Below are positions 63,206-64,000 of a stretch of DNA of 64,000 nt, in pieces. Position 1 is the stretch's first letter. Each line of letters begins with the position of its first letter. The stretch spans positions 18,726,001 to 18,790,000 of the forward strand of contig CM075987.1 of NCBI GenBank assembly GCA_038087875.1, given 5' to 3'. Made by a program: the position numbers and the translations under genes. The notes under the pieces were generated by a model that was not told the origin of the DNA, ran no database searches, and worked only from the letters and a program-made list of their open reading frames with translations. The DNA is from Malacoraja senta. Its lineage: Eukaryota.

Positions 63206-64000
63206 AAACAGGATTAACTATGCCTACTTTGACAAAGTTCTCCTTCTGAAAAAGGGTCCTGACCCAAAATGTCTTCCGTCCACTTCTCGCCACAGATGTT
63301 TCCTGACCTGCTGTGTTCCTCCAGCACTTTATTTTTTTGAACAGGATTAATGTTTCAGGTCGGTGACATTTTATCAGAACCGAGAGAAGTCAGAAATAAA
63401 AAATGTTTGAAGTTGCAGATTGAGAAGTGGGAGGCATGGAAAAGAAATCAAAGGAGATGCCTGTGGCAGATTAAAGACAAGTGGATGACATATATATTGG
63501 CGGTGGCAATGGAGCGAGGTTGGTGAAAGACTATCGATCACAGTTTCAAGGAGCGGTTGCAGAATGGAAGTAGAGGAGAAGAGAGGTAAAAAACTTGTAA
63601 GAATTTTGTACAATTAATATGGGTGACCAGACAATGTTAGATGAATGGCTTCCAAAGAGACCATCAGTCAGTGCCCTTTTTAGGAAGGAAAAAAGGAGAG
63701 GTGCTGGAGGACCTCAGTGAGTCAGGCAGCATCAATGGAGGGAAATGGACAGTTGACCTCAGGTCCCTTCATCAGTCCACTCCAGATTTTGCTCAAGATG
63801 TTAGCACCTGCTGTTTCTTGGGCCATCCTTCATCATGACCCAACTTTATATTTAGTTACTTGAGGTTAAATTTAAATTTCTCCGATGCTGCGTTGGGAAC
63901 TGATCTCACATCTCTGATTCACAAATATTGACCCATCGATCTCTGGTCTAGTAAACATAACATAGGCAATTTCCTTCAATTCACCAGAAGTTTACAATAG

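Overview
Repeat-dense vertebrate DNA, most likely a cartilaginous fish (skate/ray; inferred from HE1-type SINEs, HER1/CR1 LINEs and Deu-domain SINE remnants). The only host gene I recognise is TMEM250 (C9orf69) on the minus strand: a single coding exon at 18545-18961, an acceptor at 19085/86, and a CpG-island first exon near 29200-29480. The rest is mostly transposons: CR1, Penelope-like, Rex1/Babar, L1, Tx1, two Tc1 elements, a Harbinger-like MITE, a foldback element and a solo LTR, plus a U6 retrocopy. The best finding is a ~140 bp non-autonomous retroelement present twice (49790-49925 +, 9248-9387 -), each copy flanked by target-site duplications (TSDs). Its first 54 nt fold into a P4-less HDV-like ribozyme with a CPEB3-type core, and its 5' end sits exactly at the predicted cleavage site. 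Other notable items are Penelope-derived palindromes carrying hammerhead cores, a Passport-like transposase one base from intact, a uORF whose stop overlaps the TMEM250 start, and several templated local rearrangements. All calls are by eye; no searches were run.
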